A stretch of 64,000 nucleotides of DNA from an uncultured virus (IMG/VR IMGVR_UViG_2671181191_000004) (IMGVR_UViG_2671181191_000004), one strand, 5' to 3'. Counted from the first letter of the stretch, positions 20,114 to 31,474 are shown. Numbers and translations: made by a program. Notes: generated by a model from the sequence alone, not told the origin.

Positions 20114-23100
20114 TTATAATTTTGATGTATTCTTTTTTACTTCTACTATTTCAGAAATCATTCTAGGACTATTCTTAGAAACAACTTGTATCCCTTCTCT
20201 TATCTCCTGTCTATCAAGATTGCCTTCAACTTGTAAAATCCTCATTTCATTAACAATACCCCTTAGAGCAGAGACTTCCAATGTCAAAACATCTATTTTT
20301 TCATCCGGAAATACAATATTAACTTGCGACTGATAGCCACTTGCGATACTTTCTCTCGTTTGTCCTGCAATATCAGGTACATTAGCCATTAATCTTGGAA
20401 TATCTTCATTTGTCAAGTCAAGTAATGACATTTTTTCATTGATGGATGAAAGTAGGCCAGTTTGTGCTATTGATTGATTCTTTATTTCTTCCCCTGCAAT
20501 CTGTAAAGCAGTAAACCGACCGTTTAATTCTTCGCCAGTATCTTGAGACATGGTTTGAAATCCCCGGGAAGAAGAATCTTGTGAAGTAGAAATATCGGAA
20601 CTCCATCCAAAAGCATCAGCCATTGCATCACGTTCAGCCATAATTTGCTCAGCTAACGCTTTTTGGGAGGCTTTCAATTCTGCCGATTCTTTAACAGTCA
20701 GGTCAAAAACACCATCTCCATCACTATCTGATTTTGCAGCCCAATCATTATATAAGGCTTCGATTTTAGCACGGTACTTATTCGCCACAAGGTTTTCTAA
20801 AATGGCATTCTTCAAGTATTCTCCGAAATCATCAGCCATATCTTTACTACTCTTATTCATATCGGAAAGAGTAGAAACAAAACTGTCATAGAAAGAATCG
20901 AAAGAAACTCCGGTCATTGTTTCCTGAAGTTTTGTCTTCATATCCTCTATCTCGTCAGAACAGTCAATAATGTTTTGTAAATACCCTTGTACATCACTGT
21001 CCAACTTCGCCCAGAACGTAGGCGCTTCTTCCTGTAGACGTTCCAATTGTTCCGCTGTAAGAGAAAATAGCCCAGTCATACGACCGTCAGCAACCGAGTT
21101 GTAATCGAATCCAATAGACTGTGCCGCTTTACGAAGTTCATCCCACCCTTGGCTTGACATTCCTTTTCTCTGACGAACGCCAATGGAGTGAGAACCTGCA
21201 CTCGCCCCTGCATTAAGCCTCTCTACTCCAAGTGCAACATTGCTTTGAGCTTTCTTATTCAATAAGTCCAGAACTTCTTGCCCAGCCTTACGTGCTTCAT
21301 CGCCATAAGATATATCTATATATTTCTGCTTTTTACTAATAAGCGTGTCCCAAACATCAATAAGTGCCCCATATTCTTCTTTCATTTTATTATAGGCAGA
21401 ATAATCAGCACCAAGGATACCGATTAATCCTGATGCCATGCCTATTGCTCCACCAATAACTGCTCCCCAAGGTCCACCTACAGACGCACCTGTTGCCGCA
21501 TAAGAAGCGGTACTACTTAAAACAGAAGTAACCTTACCAGCCGTACTGTCTGATTTTACACCCAAATCTCCAAGAACGCCATCCAACTCTCTCACAGCTG
21601 ATGCTATACCACTGAACCCCTTAGAGGTACTTTCAAAATCATTATTCTTAAATCCCTCTTGAATCTGCTTGAATGGATTATCCTTATCAAGCATCTTTTT
21701 GAATTTGTTTACTTGAGAGGAAAGATTTGACGTAAACTTGTTTAAGGAAGAAGGGTCAGACATAGCATCATTTATTGCTTTCACAGTCTTCTCATTATCC
21801 TTAAATAAGTCGGGTATTTTTGCTCCCTCCACCCCATTCATGTAATCAACAAGTTCTTGAATATCCTCTATTATACTCCTTATTGACGATGAAGAACGAT
21901 TTGAGAAATCTGTGAAAAATTTACTCCATAATTCTGAATCTTTCATCAATTCATCATCCAGGCTATCAAGATCTTCTTTTCTCTGGGCAATAAAAGTGGA
22001 TTTTTCAACACTCCCCTCTTCTGCGTCCGCAATCTGCTTATCATATTTATCCATGATAGCTTTGCGTTTTTCCTGATATTCTCCATACTTAATATAATAC
22101 TCATTCCAAGCATCATCTTGCTTATCTTGATACTCTTTTAAGTTCTTTTCGAAAGCGGCTATTCCACCTTTATACAATTCATTAAATGGTGTATTCTCAT
22201 CCTTAGATAGTGTAATCCCACTTCCATCAAAGGACTTTCCTTTATTTTCCGGATTAGCATCCCATGCAGTACGGGCATCCTCAATCTTCTTCCGCAAAGC
22301 ATCCTCTTTCTGTCGGTCGATAGTTTGCATCTCCTTTTCAAAGTTGAGTTCCATTTCAGCAATGGTCTTGGCCGAACCTTCATCCATTGCTTTTATACGG
22401 GCTTCATCAACTTTCATTTGTAAGTCTTCAGCAGAGCGTTGTTGCTCTAACGCTTGTTTATCGAGAAGAACTTTGTATTTCTCTTGCTCCTTACGAAGCT
22501 TTTCGGCAGCAGATTCTTGCTTGGATGCATTATTGTCATAAACATCTATTCCCGCCTTCTTTAAGATATCATTGATTTCCTTCTCAACTCCAATCTGAAG
22601 CTCACTCCATTTTTCAGCTTCATCTTTTAGTGCTTTAATTGTCGCATCTTCATCTATAGAGTTTTCCAAAAGTTGCCTTGTTTCATCTGCTTTATTTTTA
22701 TCGAAAGACAGCTTTCTGATAGGTATCCCATTCTCATATTCAATATTGCTAGATATTGCTGATATTCCACTTTGTAATGTTATGTTATTTTCTCTCTCTT
22801 TGAAATATTGCTCCCATTTCTCCTGCGCAATCTTACCTATAGCTGCAGCTTTTGCCCTCTGCATTATTGCATTTGTTACCGCATCAGATTGATTTATGAA
22901 GATATTCTCTGCATCAGATACACCATTAACAGCCAATCCGAGCAGACGGAACGAATCCTTATTCTCTAAAATGAATTTTTGCTTATCTTTTAAACTGCTC
23001 CCCAACAATTCATATTCTTTTTTTAGTTTTTGGTATGTAGTCATTTGAGTTGAAGCAGTTGATGCAAATGATTGCATATAAGATTCTTGCATTGCTTTTG

Positions 23101-24625
23101 CTGCTTCCACCTTTCTATTAATTTCTTCCTGTGCTTTAGCTCCTTCTTTATTAGCTTTGATAAGCAAAGCCATTCCTCCTACAAGTGTTAAAATTGCCGT
23201 CCCAAGTAGAATATACGGATTCACTTTTGCCACTGCATTTAATGCTTTTTGAGCTACCACCTCCGACCATGTAAGCGCTATGAGTTGTGATTTAGCTTTA
23301 GCTTCCAAGGCTTGTGAGGCAATTAATGCTTTTGTCTGTAAATCCTCAACAGCACGCATTAATATACCAGTTTTCTTAACCGTGTTATAAGTGGTTTCCA
23401 GTCCAACTATTATTCCAAGTAAAGATTGGATTTTAGTTTGGATTTGTACCATCTCTTCGCTTTTCTGATTAAAAAAGCCCATTATCCCTACAACTAAACT
23501 TGCAGAACCAGCTATCCCTTGTAATCCAGTTTTTAATACCAAAAGATTCTTATTTGGATTAGAGAGATACTCCATTTCCGCATTAACAAGAGTCATTTGT
23601 GTACGCATTTTTGCGACTTCTTGTCCTACTTGTTGGTATTGCGCAGTATTTTGCAGCCCAGCGGAGCGCATCTGCACCAATTGCTCTCGCGCATCCAAAA
23701 TAAGAGCGCGAGTACGAGCATGTTTCTCATTGCCTTGCTCTATTACAGTATTCAGTTCAGCTTGTCTCTTTCTCTGTTCTGAAATTTGTAATGCTATCTC
23801 TTTACTCTTTTGGCTTACACCATCAAGTAGTGGTTTAAATCTTTCTAATTCGCTTGAAATAAGAGCCGTTGCCCCATCACCAATAGGGACACGTGTCATA
23901 CCTTTCTCTTGTGCTGTATATAATCTATCAAGTATAGATTTATAAGATGCTATTTGCGCCGCTAATGTATCGTAATACTTGATATTTTCGTTTAAATCCT
24001 TTGTCAAACCTTTCAGTTCCGTTTTGGCACTCTTGACAGCATCAGAAGAAGAGTTTGTAGCTTGCTTGTATTGTTCAATAGCGCTTACATTGTTTGTCTT
24101 TATTGCCATTGCCAACTTATTCCATTCTTCTTGCTGCTGTCTAATTTCCTCTTTTTGAACACGAAGTTGTTCAGTCAATTCGGTATTTTTAATGCGAAGG
24201 TCTTCCAATTGTTGTATTGGCACATTATTAGAAGTAGAGCCATCAATGCCTGCTTTACCGACTTGTAATAAAGAAGACATAGATTCCACTTTTGCCAATA
24301 ATTCATCAAAATACTTATTGAGGTTATTACACATCTTCATTAGTTCCGCATCGAATGAAATTAACGGATCTGACGATATTCCGTTTATTGCTTCAGAGAC
24401 TTTTTGTTTTGCAATCATCATTTCACCTTCCACTTTAGCAATTTTCTGTACCAAAGTGTCATATTGTTCCATGAGAGATTTTAATCGAGCTTCGAAATTT
24501 TCTTTAATATCAAGATTTACCCTAATATCAATGCTCTTTAATTCCTTTTTAACACCAGCAATTTCAGCTTTCACCTGCTGCAACTTTTTAATGTCCTCAG
24601 ACATGTCCGCAATTATTCCCGCCAT
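20114..24625 (-). CDS. Tail tape measure protein
   Basis: 1503 aa, helical/coiled-coil with hydrophobic Gly/Ala segments, tail-module position. Confidence 0.88.
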   Translation of the reverse strand: MAGIIADMSEDIKKLQQVKAEIAGVKKELKSIDIRVNLDIKENFEARLKSLMEQYDTLVQKIAKVEGEMMIAKQKVSEAINGISSDPLISFDAELMKMCNNLNKYFDELLAKVESMSSLLQVGKAGIDGSTSNNVPIQQLEDLRIKNTELTEQLRVQKEEIRQQQEEWNKLAMAIKTNNVSAIEQYKQATNSSSDAVKSAKTELKGLTKDLNENIKYYDTLAAQIASYKSILDRLYTAQEKGMTRVPIGDGATALISSELERFKPLLDGVSQKSKEIALQISEQRKRQAELNTVIEQGNEKHARTRALILDAREQLVQMRSAGLQNTAQYQQVGQEVAKMRTQMTLVNAEMEYLSNPNKNLLVLKTGLQGIAGSASLVVGIMGFFNQKSEEMVQIQTKIQSLLGIIVGLETTYNTVKKTGILMRAVEDLQTKALIASQALEAKAKSQLIALTWSEVVAQKALNAVAKVNPYILLGTAILTLVGGMALLIKANKEGAKAQEEINRKVEAAKAMQESYMQSFASTASTQMTTYQKLKKEYELLGSSLKDKQKFILENKDSFRLLGLAVNGVSDAENIFINQSDAVTNAIMQRAKAAAIGKIAQEKWEQYFKERENNITLQSGISAISSNIEYENGIPIRKLSFDKNKADETRQLLENSIDEDATIKALKDEAEKWSELQIGVEKEINDILKKAGIDVYDNNASKQESAAEKLRKEQEKYKVLLDKQALEQQRSAEDLQMKVDEARIKAMDEGSAKTIAEMELNFEKEMQTIDRQKEDALRKKIEDARTAWDANPENKGKSFDGSGITLSKDENTPFNELYKGGIAAFEKNLKEYQDKQDDAWNEYYIKYGEYQEKRKAIMDKYDKQIADAEEGSVEKSTFIAQRKEDLDSLDDELMKDSELWSKFFTDFSNRSSSSIRSIIEDIQELVDYMNGVEGAKIPDLFKDNEKTVKAINDAMSDPSSLNKFTSNLSSQVNKFKKMLDKDNPFKQIQEGFKNNDFESTSKGFSGIASAVRELDGVLGDLGVKSDSTAGKVTSVLSSTASYAATGASVGGPWGAVIGGAIGMASGLIGILGADYSAYNKMKEEYGALIDVWDTLISKKQKYIDISYGDEARKAGQEVLDLLNKKAQSNVALGVERLNAGASAGSHSIGVRQRKGMSSQGWDELRKAAQSIGFDYNSVADGRMTGLFSLTAEQLERLQEEAPTFWAKLDSDVQGYLQNIIDCSDEIEDMKTKLQETMTGVSFDSFYDSFVSTLSDMNKSSKDMADDFGEYLKNAILENLVANKYRAKIEALYNDWAAKSDSDGDGVFDLTVKESAELKASQKALAEQIMAERDAMADAFGWSSDISTSQDSSSRGFQTMSQDTGEELNGRFTALQIAGEEIKNQSIAQTGLLSSINEKMSLLDLTNEDIPRLMANVPDIAGQTRESIASGYQSQVNIVFPDEKIDVLTLEVSALRGIVNEMRILQVEGNLDRQEIREGIQVVSKNSPRMISEIVEVKKNTSKL

Positions 24626-24628
24626 AAT

Positions 24629-25102
24629 TTATTTAATTAATTTCCATAACATTAAAACTCCTGAATCAAGGACATTGAACCCCTTGCTTGACACATGATT
24701 TGCATATTCCATCCCAGCAACCAGAACGAAAGAATACCCAGATGAACTAACTTTCGACCTTGCGAACTCCAAACCTTCCTTAGAACCATGGGAACCATCA
24801 CCGAATTTTCCTTTAGCCCAAAATGAAACCTGTTTTCCATCTTTGGTGGTAAATTCCACCTTTTGCATATTGTTACCACGCCCTTGAATCTTATAGAAAC
24901 CACCTTCTTTGATGATTTTCCCGTTATATGCAATAACATATCCGATGGAACTCCTTAAATCACCTGTAATATTTTGATAGTTTCCATCCACAACAGCCTT
25001 CTGAACAGCTGCTTCACCAGCTTGTATAAGACGGTCAATGTAGTACTGCTCAATCCTCTTTTCAAGTTCATTCAGTCCTGTTATATCTCCTTTAAATTCC
25101 AT
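24629..25102 (-). CDS. HK97 gp10-like neck/tail-completion protein (paralogue of 39219-39517)
   Basis: YQNITGDLRSSI and EYANHVSSKGFNVL resemble YQDHTLTLRTSN and EYASFVESKGFDVL. Confidence 0.6.
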   Translation of the reverse strand: MEFKGDITGLNELEKRIEQYYIDRLIQAGEAAVQKAVVDGNYQNITGDLRSSIGYVIAYNGKIIKEGGFYKIQGRGNNMQKVEFTTKDGKQVSFWAKGKFGDGSHGSKEGLEFARSKVSSSGYSFVLVAGMEYANHVSSKGFNVLDSGVLMLWKLIK

Positions 25103-25165
25103 AGGCTTTTATCTTCAAAATTACTATACTCATTAATCCATGATGAATTTTCATTCATCGAATCC

Positions 25166-25187
25166 ATGACATTCAGGAAAAGGTCAC
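25166..25187 (-). promoter_or_regulatory. 22-bp palindromic site, 42 bp upstream of TAATTTTG (25116-25123)
   Basis: ATGACATT-CAGGAA-AAGGTCAC. Confidence 0.7.
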
Positions 25188-25419
25188 AAATCTATTTCAG
25201 ACATTCAAAATCAAACCTCTCTCCTACCGATTCTTCTTAATTCTTTACCCCAATGCCAAACAACCAGACGATTGTTACAGATTTCCTCAAAAGTAATCAC
25301 TCAACAACTTTACTATAAGAATTTCCAACCCAAAGATTTCACTACAACCGAGCTGTGAAAGAATTGGTATAAAAGTAAAGGAAGCAAGTTTTAAAAAACC
25401 TTTTTAGAACGAACTATAT

Positions 25420-25441
25420 ACGACAATAAAAGAATTGTCGT
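25420..25441 (-). promoter_or_regulatory. 22-bp palindromic site, 42 bp upstream of TACTTTTA (25370-25377)
   Basis: ACGACAAT-AAAAGA-ATTGTCGT. Confidence 0.7.
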
Positions 25442-25507
25442 GAAATAATTTGGAGTAAATAGATTTTGAAGTAAATTTGTAAATTGTTTAATTAAAAATA
25501 TACGATT

Positions 25508-25897
25508 ATGGAAAACATGCAAAATTTTATTGGATGGATAATAATTATTTTTGGCGTTTTACAAATTATCCTGTTCTTCAAAATATGGATAATGACAGAT
25601 GATGTGACTAAAATAAAAAATACAATTCAAGCAAATGGATACCCTAATGGGATTTCCCCAGCTAAATTTGAGCTCGCAATGGGGAATATAGAAAAAGCTA
25701 AAGAATTAGCAACAAGAGAGTTTATTTCAGATATTTATAAAATATATTCAAATGTATTAAAGTCTGAAAATGAAGAATATGTTAAGCGCTTTAATGTTAT
25801 AGAGCAAGAATACAGAGCCAAATTCGATAACATTTCATCTTTTATTGACTTTGAAAAATTTTCCACATACGATAAAGCCCAAAAGATATTTTGTTAA
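25508..25897 (+). CDS. Membrane-anchored moron protein
   Basis: N-terminal TM helix; TAAATTTG box at 25472. Confidence 0.65.
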   Translation: MENMQNFIGWIIIIFGVLQIILFFKIWIMTDDVTKIKNTIQANGYPNGISPAKFELAMGNIEKAKELATREFISDIYKIYSNVLKSENEEYVKRFNVIEQEYRAKFDNISSFIDFEKFSTYDKAQKIFC

Positions 25898-25987
25898 AAT
25901 AACAATAGCGCATACCAACCTAATGACATACATTCTGTTAAAAGGCAGCCCTTGATGTCGTGCAGAGACTGCCTTTTGATAATCGTG

Positions 25988-26236
25988 TTAGGTCGTCAGA
26001 ACCGCAACTCTACTTGTTATAATCATGCCAATAATATAGCTTACATCACGAGAACATTCATTCAGCCCTGAAACTGTATCATCTAAGCAGTCCCATTGTC
26101 CGGCATCCCTTAGTTCTTTTTCATCCATTGCATCCGAAACAATATTTCGAGCTTGGCTTATTAGGCACATTGCTTTCAATAATTCAGAGTGAATAGCGTT
26201 GTTCTTTACTTCTTCGATGTTGATTTCTGTTGCCAT
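25988..26236 (-). CDS. Hypothetical protein (paralogue of 32950-33198)
   Basis: MATEINIEE...DEKELRDAGQWDCLDDTVS shared. Confidence 0.75.
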   Translation of the reverse strand: MATEINIEEVKNNAIHSELLKAMCLISQARNIVSDAMDEKELRDAGQWDCLDDTVSGLNECSRDVSYIIGMIITSRVAVLTT

Positions 26237-26242
26237 AACCGT

Positions 26243-26434
26243 TTATTTTTTATGTGTTAGTACTTTACAAACTCTATCATAGACATGTGTCTTCTCAAAT
26301 CTATTCAGTATTGATGCTTTCCCAGCCCCAAAAGTCAATTCACCATTTTTAAACTGATATACGTTAATCCAACCGCCTACTGTATTATACCGGTAAATTC
26401 TTACTTCTTGGTTTTCAGCTATTAACTCTATCAT
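26243..26434 (-). CDS. Hypothetical protein (paralogue of 33204-33398)
   Basis: LIAENQEV...GELTFGA.KASILNRFEKT shared. Confidence 0.75.
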   Translation of the reverse strand: MIELIAENQEVRIYRYNTVGGWINVYQFKNGELTFGAGKASILNRFEKTHVYDRVCKVLTHKK

Positions 26435-26541
26435 AACCGTTATATTTTATGTGTTTATATTTTAATGGAAAAATCTCTCATTGTTACTTCTGAACAGCCT
26501 GTAACCGATGTACAGGCTGCCGATAATCAGTGTCATTTCGA

Positions 26542-27333
26542 TCATGCTGATTGATTTTGCTTACCGAACAAATGATGAAGGAAAGCTCTACCTCTTTCCG
26601 TCCAGACAGTAATTGTATTGCTTCCTTGTGAACCATCAGAACGTGGAAAAGTAACTGTACGCGGTTTGGTATAGCCTTTCTCGCTATACTTTGCTGTCAA
26701 CATCCATTGCCCGGACTGCTTAAACATGATACCTTTCGATTTAAGTGCCTTATGAAGCTGTTCCGCTTCTCTCATGCCTAATTCTTTAGCTACCTGTGTA
26801 CTCGTGTAAGTTTGAGATGATTGCAATACTTCATCCACATATTTCACTTTCGGGGCGGCTAGTTTCAGTTGTTCGCTTTGTAGGTGGTTCTCTACCTCTA
26901 ACCGTTCTTTCTCCGCTTTGGCGGTCTCTAATCTCTTTCTGAGCACTTGCATGGCATAGGCGATGGCTTCGTCATCGTTGGAGACGGTGGTAACGCCAGT
27001 GGTGAGAAGTTCCTCTATTCTCATGTCTACCCAGACTGCTAAGTCTGAGTTTAGTTTCTGTGCGACACGAATAGCGACGAGGCGATGCGCCCAAGTACCA
27101 CCTCCTAAGTGCGGTGCACCTTTCCTAACTATCAGTAAATCAGCAAAACTATATTTTTTTAGTTTTGAGAGAGAATAACAATAGTCGTTGATTTCCTGAG
27201 AGTTAACGATAGTCGTTAGATTCTTCTCTGGATATGACTTTGCCATAGCCGTAAGATTTACTAATACGTCTTTCCCTTTTTCAAAAGGAATTTGATTACC
27301 TTTGTAGTCGAAATTGATAATTGAATTTTGCAT
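26542..27333 (-). CDS. Phage antirepressor (KilA-N + KilAC/ANT)
   Basis: VNLTAMAK...GGTWAH N-domain; PKVKYVD...TQVAKELG...WTERGRAFL C-domain. Confidence 0.85.
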   Translation of the reverse strand: MQNSIINFDYKGNQIPFEKGKDVLVNLTAMAKSYPEKNLTTIVNSQEINDYCYSLSKLKKYSFADLLIVRKGAPHLGGGTWAHRLVAIRVAQKLNSDLAVWVDMRIEELLTTGVTTVSNDDEAIAYAMQVLRKRLETAKAEKERLEVENHLQSEQLKLAAPKVKYVDEVLQSSQTYTSTQVAKELGMREAEQLHKALKSKGIMFKQSGQWMLTAKYSEKGYTKPRTVTFPRSDGSQGSNTITVWTERGRAFLHHLFGKQNQSA

Positions 27334-27390
27334 ATCGTTATTGATTTTATTGTGGGCAGGCGTTGGTAGCACCTGCTCACATTGTTTATA

Positions 27391-27717
27391 CTAAGCTATC
27401 TTTATAAGATTGCACTTCTTGAAGCAACGCCAGTCGCCTACCTCTGTATCAAAGTACACTTGGCAATTATCAGCCGTTTTCTTTGTACCTTTAGTTTCGG
27501 GTACTCTGCTGTCTAATAAAGTGCCAAAGGCTTGACGTAACGTGCCATCAGTCTTTTTGAAATAGAACTCTACCACTTTAACTTTCAAAGCCACTTTGAG
27601 CTTCAAATTAGCCCATGCGCATTTTAATGCTTCACTCATTGAATAACCGTTCTTGCGAACAAAAGACCATGCCATTTGCATAACCTCTTTCATCTGATTT
27701 CTTAATGTTGTGCTCAT
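27391..27717 (-). CDS. SH3-fold (WYL-like/DUF2693-like) protein
   Basis: FYFKKTDGTLRQAFGTL...YFDTEVGDWRCF. Confidence 0.65.
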   Translation of the reverse strand: MSTTLRNQMKEVMQMAWSFVRKNGYSMSEALKCAWANLKLKVALKVKVVEFYFKKTDGTLRQAFGTLLDSRVPETKGTKKTADNCQVYFDTEVGDWRCFKKCNLIKIA

Positions 27718-27917
27718 ACTCTTAATATTTATGTGTTTACACCAATTATACTACTTGGTTTAACATTATATTGCAAAGTAAAACTAATTAGTTTAATTAC
27801 GCAACAGATAGTATGATAAATAATGTTAATTATAAAACTAAGTAGGTTTATTTTTATCAGATAATTGTATTATGTAGTATAAATCACTATTTTTGTCGAA
27901 TAAAACTATATAGTATT

Positions 27918-28205
27918 ATGGATTTTAGAACAAGGATAAAAGAACTTTGCCAAGAACGAGGCATTACCCAAAAGGAACTGGCTGAAAAAATGGGTATTTC
28001 AGATATTAGTCTAAATAAGACTTTACGAGGAGAATATCCACAGTTGCAAACATTAGAAAAAATAGCAAACACTTTGAATGTTCCTATTGCAGAGCTATTC
28101 GAGAAGCCAAACACCAATGATATTATTGGCTTCGTAAAGGTCGGCGATACCGTACATGAGGTGAAGTCTGCGGAGGATATTAAGAAATTAGCAGAGAATT
28201 TATAA
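27918..28205 (+). CDS. XRE-family HTH regulator
   Basis: RIKELCQERGITQKELAEKMG...TLEKIANTLNV. Confidence 0.88.
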   Translation: MDFRTRIKELCQERGITQKELAEKMGISDISLNKTLRGEYPQLQTLEKIANTLNVPIAELFEKPNTNDIIGFVKVGDTVHEVKSAEDIKKLAENL

Positions 28206-29713
28206 TGACTCAAAAAAATAAAATAATAGATACTATTTGCAGTAGAACTACTTCATTTATTATCAATACTTCCAAGAGTGAAAGAAAAAAATACGGACAG
28301 TTTTTTACTAGTAAGGAAATTGCTATATACATGGCAAGCCTATTTGATTTACAAGAAAATAAGTGTGAATTTAAAATATTAGACGCGGGTGCAGGGTCTG
28401 GAATCCTGTCTGCTGCCATATTGGATAAACTACGTCCAATGAAACATATATCAAAGTTATATTTAACTTGTTATGAAAACGATGAAAATATACTTCCTCT
28501 TTTAAAAAGTAATCTTGAATATATCAAAACTCAAATGCCTAATAGATTAGAATATGAAATTATCGAGGATAATTATATTCTTTCTCAAAATTTTGAACGT
28601 AAAGGGACTAATGATACTAATTTTTTATATGATATAATAATAGGAAATCCACCTTATCTAAAAATTGCTAAGGATGCCCCAGAAGCTTTAGCTATGCCTT
28701 CTGTCTGCTATGGTGCCCCCAACCTATATTTTTTATTTATGGCTATGGGAGTATATAATTTAAAACCAGGATGTGAAATGATATATATCATACCCAGATC
28801 ATGGACATCAGGCGCTTATTTTCAGAAATTTAGAGATTATCTATTTGAAAATTGTGTCCTATTACAAATTCACTTATTTGAAAGTCGAAATAAAGTTTTT
28901 GATAACGAATCTATTTTGCAAGAAACAATTATCGTAAAAATAAAAAAAGCACAAACTCCTTCAAAAAAAATCTTGATCACATCTAGCTTATCTAGTGATT
29001 TTTCTAATATTACAAAATTAGAAGTTCCGTATAATATCGTTGTCATGCCTTCTAATGGCTATGTATATTTACCTACTAATGAAAAAGAGAAAGATTCTTT
29101 ATTAATAATCAATCGTTTGCCAAAGACTTTGCCCGCATTAGGTTTGAAAATGAAAACCGGTATTATCGTAGACTTTCGAACTAGAAATGTTTTGAGAAAT
29201 AAAAAAGAAAGTTTGAGTTATCCATTATTTTATTCTCAACATATACAAGGGGGAAAAGTTATATTTCCAATAGGAAAAAATGGTGAGTATATTAAAACAG
29301 ATAAGAAAGGATATTTACAGAAAAATAAAAACTATCTTTTTGTGAAAAGATTCACTTCGAAAGAAGAAAATAGACGTTTACAATGTGGTATATACCTATC
29401 AAATGAATACTCAGAATATGAATATATAAGTACTCAGAATAAGATTAACTTTATTGAGGGAGTACAATTATTATCAGAAGAAGCTATATATGGCTTATTT
29501 GTATTATTTAATTCATCAATATATGATATGTATTATCGTATATTAAATGGTTCAACTCAAGTAAATTCAACAGAAGTAAATGTAATACCTATACCAACGA
29601 TGAATGTAATAGAGACCATGGGAAAGGAGTTAAAACTATCTAATGATCTTTCAGAAAGCAATTGTAATAATATACTAAATAAATACATAAATGGACAAAC
29701 TGAAAACGATTAA
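28205..29713 (+). CDS. Type II N6-adenine DNA methyltransferase (Eco57I/BsuBI/PstI-like)
   Basis: GQFFT, motif I LDAGAGSG, motif IV GNPPY. Confidence 0.9.
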   Translation: MTQKNKIIDTICSRTTSFIINTSKSERKKYGQFFTSKEIAIYMASLFDLQENKCEFKILDAGAGSGILSAAILDKLRPMKHISKLYLTCYENDENILPLLKSNLEYIKTQMPNRLEYEIIEDNYILSQNFERKGTNDTNFLYDIIIGNPPYLKIAKDAPEALAMPSVCYGAPNLYFLFMAMGVYNLKPGCEMIYIIPRSWTSGAYFQKFRDYLFENCVLLQIHLFESRNKVFDNESILQETIIVKIKKAQTPSKKILITSSLSSDFSNITKLEVPYNIVVMPSNGYVYLPTNEKEKDSLLIINRLPKTLPALGLKMKTGIIVDFRTRNVLRNKKESLSYPLFYSQHIQGGKVIFPIGKNGEYIKTDKKGYLQKNKNYLFVKRFTSKEENRRLQCGIYLSNEYSEYEYISTQNKINFIEGVQLLSEEAIYGLFVLFNSSIYDMYYRILNGSTQVNSTEVNVIPIPTMNVIETMGKELKLSNDLSESNCNNILNKYINGQTEND

Positions 29714-30650
29714 AATCCTACTTGAAAAGTTAGGGATGCCTAAGGAGCAACAGTCCGATCTATGCTGTTACGCTATATTAGCAATGGCTAATATAGGCCC
29801 TAGTGACAAATGGAATAAAGCAACAAATGAGTGGACCCGTATCCATGATATAATTGGCTTTATAAAAGAAAAGTATATGATCACATATGCAGAAAATAGC
29901 AGAGAGACATTCCGCAAACAAGCAATTCATCATTTTCGCACTGCTGCTTTAATAGAAGATAATGGAAGAGCAACCAATAGCCCTAATTTCCGTTATCGGC
30001 TCACCAAAGAAGTTTTGGATGTCATAAAAGATCTCCCTAATGAAAAATTAATAAATTCATTTTTGTCAAAGCATGAAAAATTAATAGATACTTATGCGTC
30101 TAAAAAGGAAATGACAAAAATGCCTGTAAAAATAAACGGTAAGAATTTTACTTTCTCAACAGGTAGTCATAATGAACTTCAAAAGGCAATAATAGAAGAA
30201 TTTGCACCACGTTTTGCTCCTAATTCTGAATGTTTGTATGTTGGAGATACGATTGAAAAAGATTTAGTAAAAGACACAAAAAAGTTAAAAGAGCTAGGCT
30301 TTGAAATTACTCTACATGACAAAATGCCAGATGTAGTACTATATAATAAAGAGAAAAATTGGCTCTATTTTATAGAATCCGTAACTTCCGTTGGTCCAAT
30401 GGATCCCAAAAGGATTATAGAAATTAATGCAATGACACAAAACGTTACTTGTGGAAAAATATTCGTCACTGCTTTTTTAGATTTTAAGACATTTAAGAGA
30501 TTCTCAGAAAAGTTAGCATGGGAGACAGAAGTTTGGTTAGCTGATATGCCTGACCATATGATACATCTTAATGGAGACAAATTCTTAGGTCCAAGGAACA
30601 ATGATTATCAAGAGAAAATCTATACCAACAAAATAAAAAAGAGGATTTAA
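29691..30650 (+). CDS. BsuBI/PstI-family type II restriction endonuclease; may extend to 30787 if an A run is one base short
   Basis: YAENSRETFRKQ, HDKMPDVV, FIESVTSVGP and AWETEVW motifs. Confidence 0.88.
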   Translation: MDKLKTIKILLEKLGMPKEQQSDLCCYAILAMANIGPSDKWNKATNEWTRIHDIIGFIKEKYMITYAENSRETFRKQAIHHFRTAALIEDNGRATNSPNFRYRLTKEVLDVIKDLPNEKLINSFLSKHEKLIDTYASKKEMTKMPVKINGKNFTFSTGSHNELQKAIIEEFAPRFAPNSECLYVGDTIEKDLVKDTKKLKELGFEITLHDKMPDVVLYNKEKNWLYFIESVTSVGPMDPKRIIEINAMTQNVTCGKIFVTAFLDFKTFKRFSEKLAWETEVWLADMPDHMIHLNGDKFLGPRNNDYQEKIYTNKIKKRI

Positions 30651-30913
30651 AAGAAAAAGTTAGTATTGTATTATATAAAAATATGCCTGTAACAGTTACT
30701 ACTATCTACAAAGATGATTGTCTCGTTAAAGATGATAAAGGCAATCTATATACTGCATTATTTGAGCAATTAATGCCAATAAAATAGTAATTTTCTTTCA
30801 TTTTAGCATAAAAACAGTACCTACTTTGGTAGGTACTGTTTTTTTATTGTTGGAGGCTGAATGGTGGGTAAAGAAAAAGCCGGAGTTTAGTGCTTCGGCT
30901 TCTGCTGTTAATT

Positions 30914-31474
30914 TTATAGATGGCTTTTTAAACTTTCTAAAGACTGATTTAGTAAAGAAATAACTTCGCTAATATTCTCAGCCTTCATAAATGTTTGTGA
31001 TCTATTTGTATAGCTCTTCGTTTGTATGTAAATTTTCCATACACTTTCTTTCTTTGTTATATTTAAATATGCGCCAAGGCTAACTCCATCTTTAGTGTTA
31101 TACTCACATTCAATATAGTTTTCAGGTATGGTTGTTATAATGTTATCTTTGATATAAGACAGTGACTTAATGCAACCTGCTAACTCATCATAATCTAACG
31201 TTCCGATATATGTGTCTGTTCCTATAGAAGAATAGTATGAGGTTTCAATACGCAGTGCTCCTGTTTTTTGACCAGTCGAAATATCAGTAATAACTATATT
31301 TTGAAAAGTCGCACCTGCTACCTTGCCAATATCATAGAAATCCTTTTTTAAAAGGACACCATCCTTTTTTAAAAGCTCTACAGTTTTGCTTTTAGAGGAT
31401 TCTTCTTCCTTTTTTTCTTGTGCATTAGCAGATAAGCAAAATAGTGTAACCAGCATGAAAAGTATTTTCTTCAT
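30914..31474 (-). CDS. Secreted hypothetical protein
   Basis: Signal peptide MKKILFMLVTLFCLSANA|Q. Confidence 0.7.
   Translation of the reverse strand: MKKILFMLVTLFCLSANAQEKKEEESSKSKTVELLKKDGVLLKKDFYDIGKVAGATFQNIVITDISTGQKTGALRIETSYYSSIGTDTYIGTLDYDELAGCIKSLSYIKDNIITTIPENYIECEYNTKDGVSLGAYLNITKKESVWKIYIQTKSYTNRSQTFMKAENISEVISLLNQSLESLKSHL

Noticed and set aside
28205..30650. Complete avoidance of the PstI/BsuBI site CTGCAG by the phage
   Set aside because: CTGCAG occurs (15673, 22843); specificity is only inferred from family and no count was made
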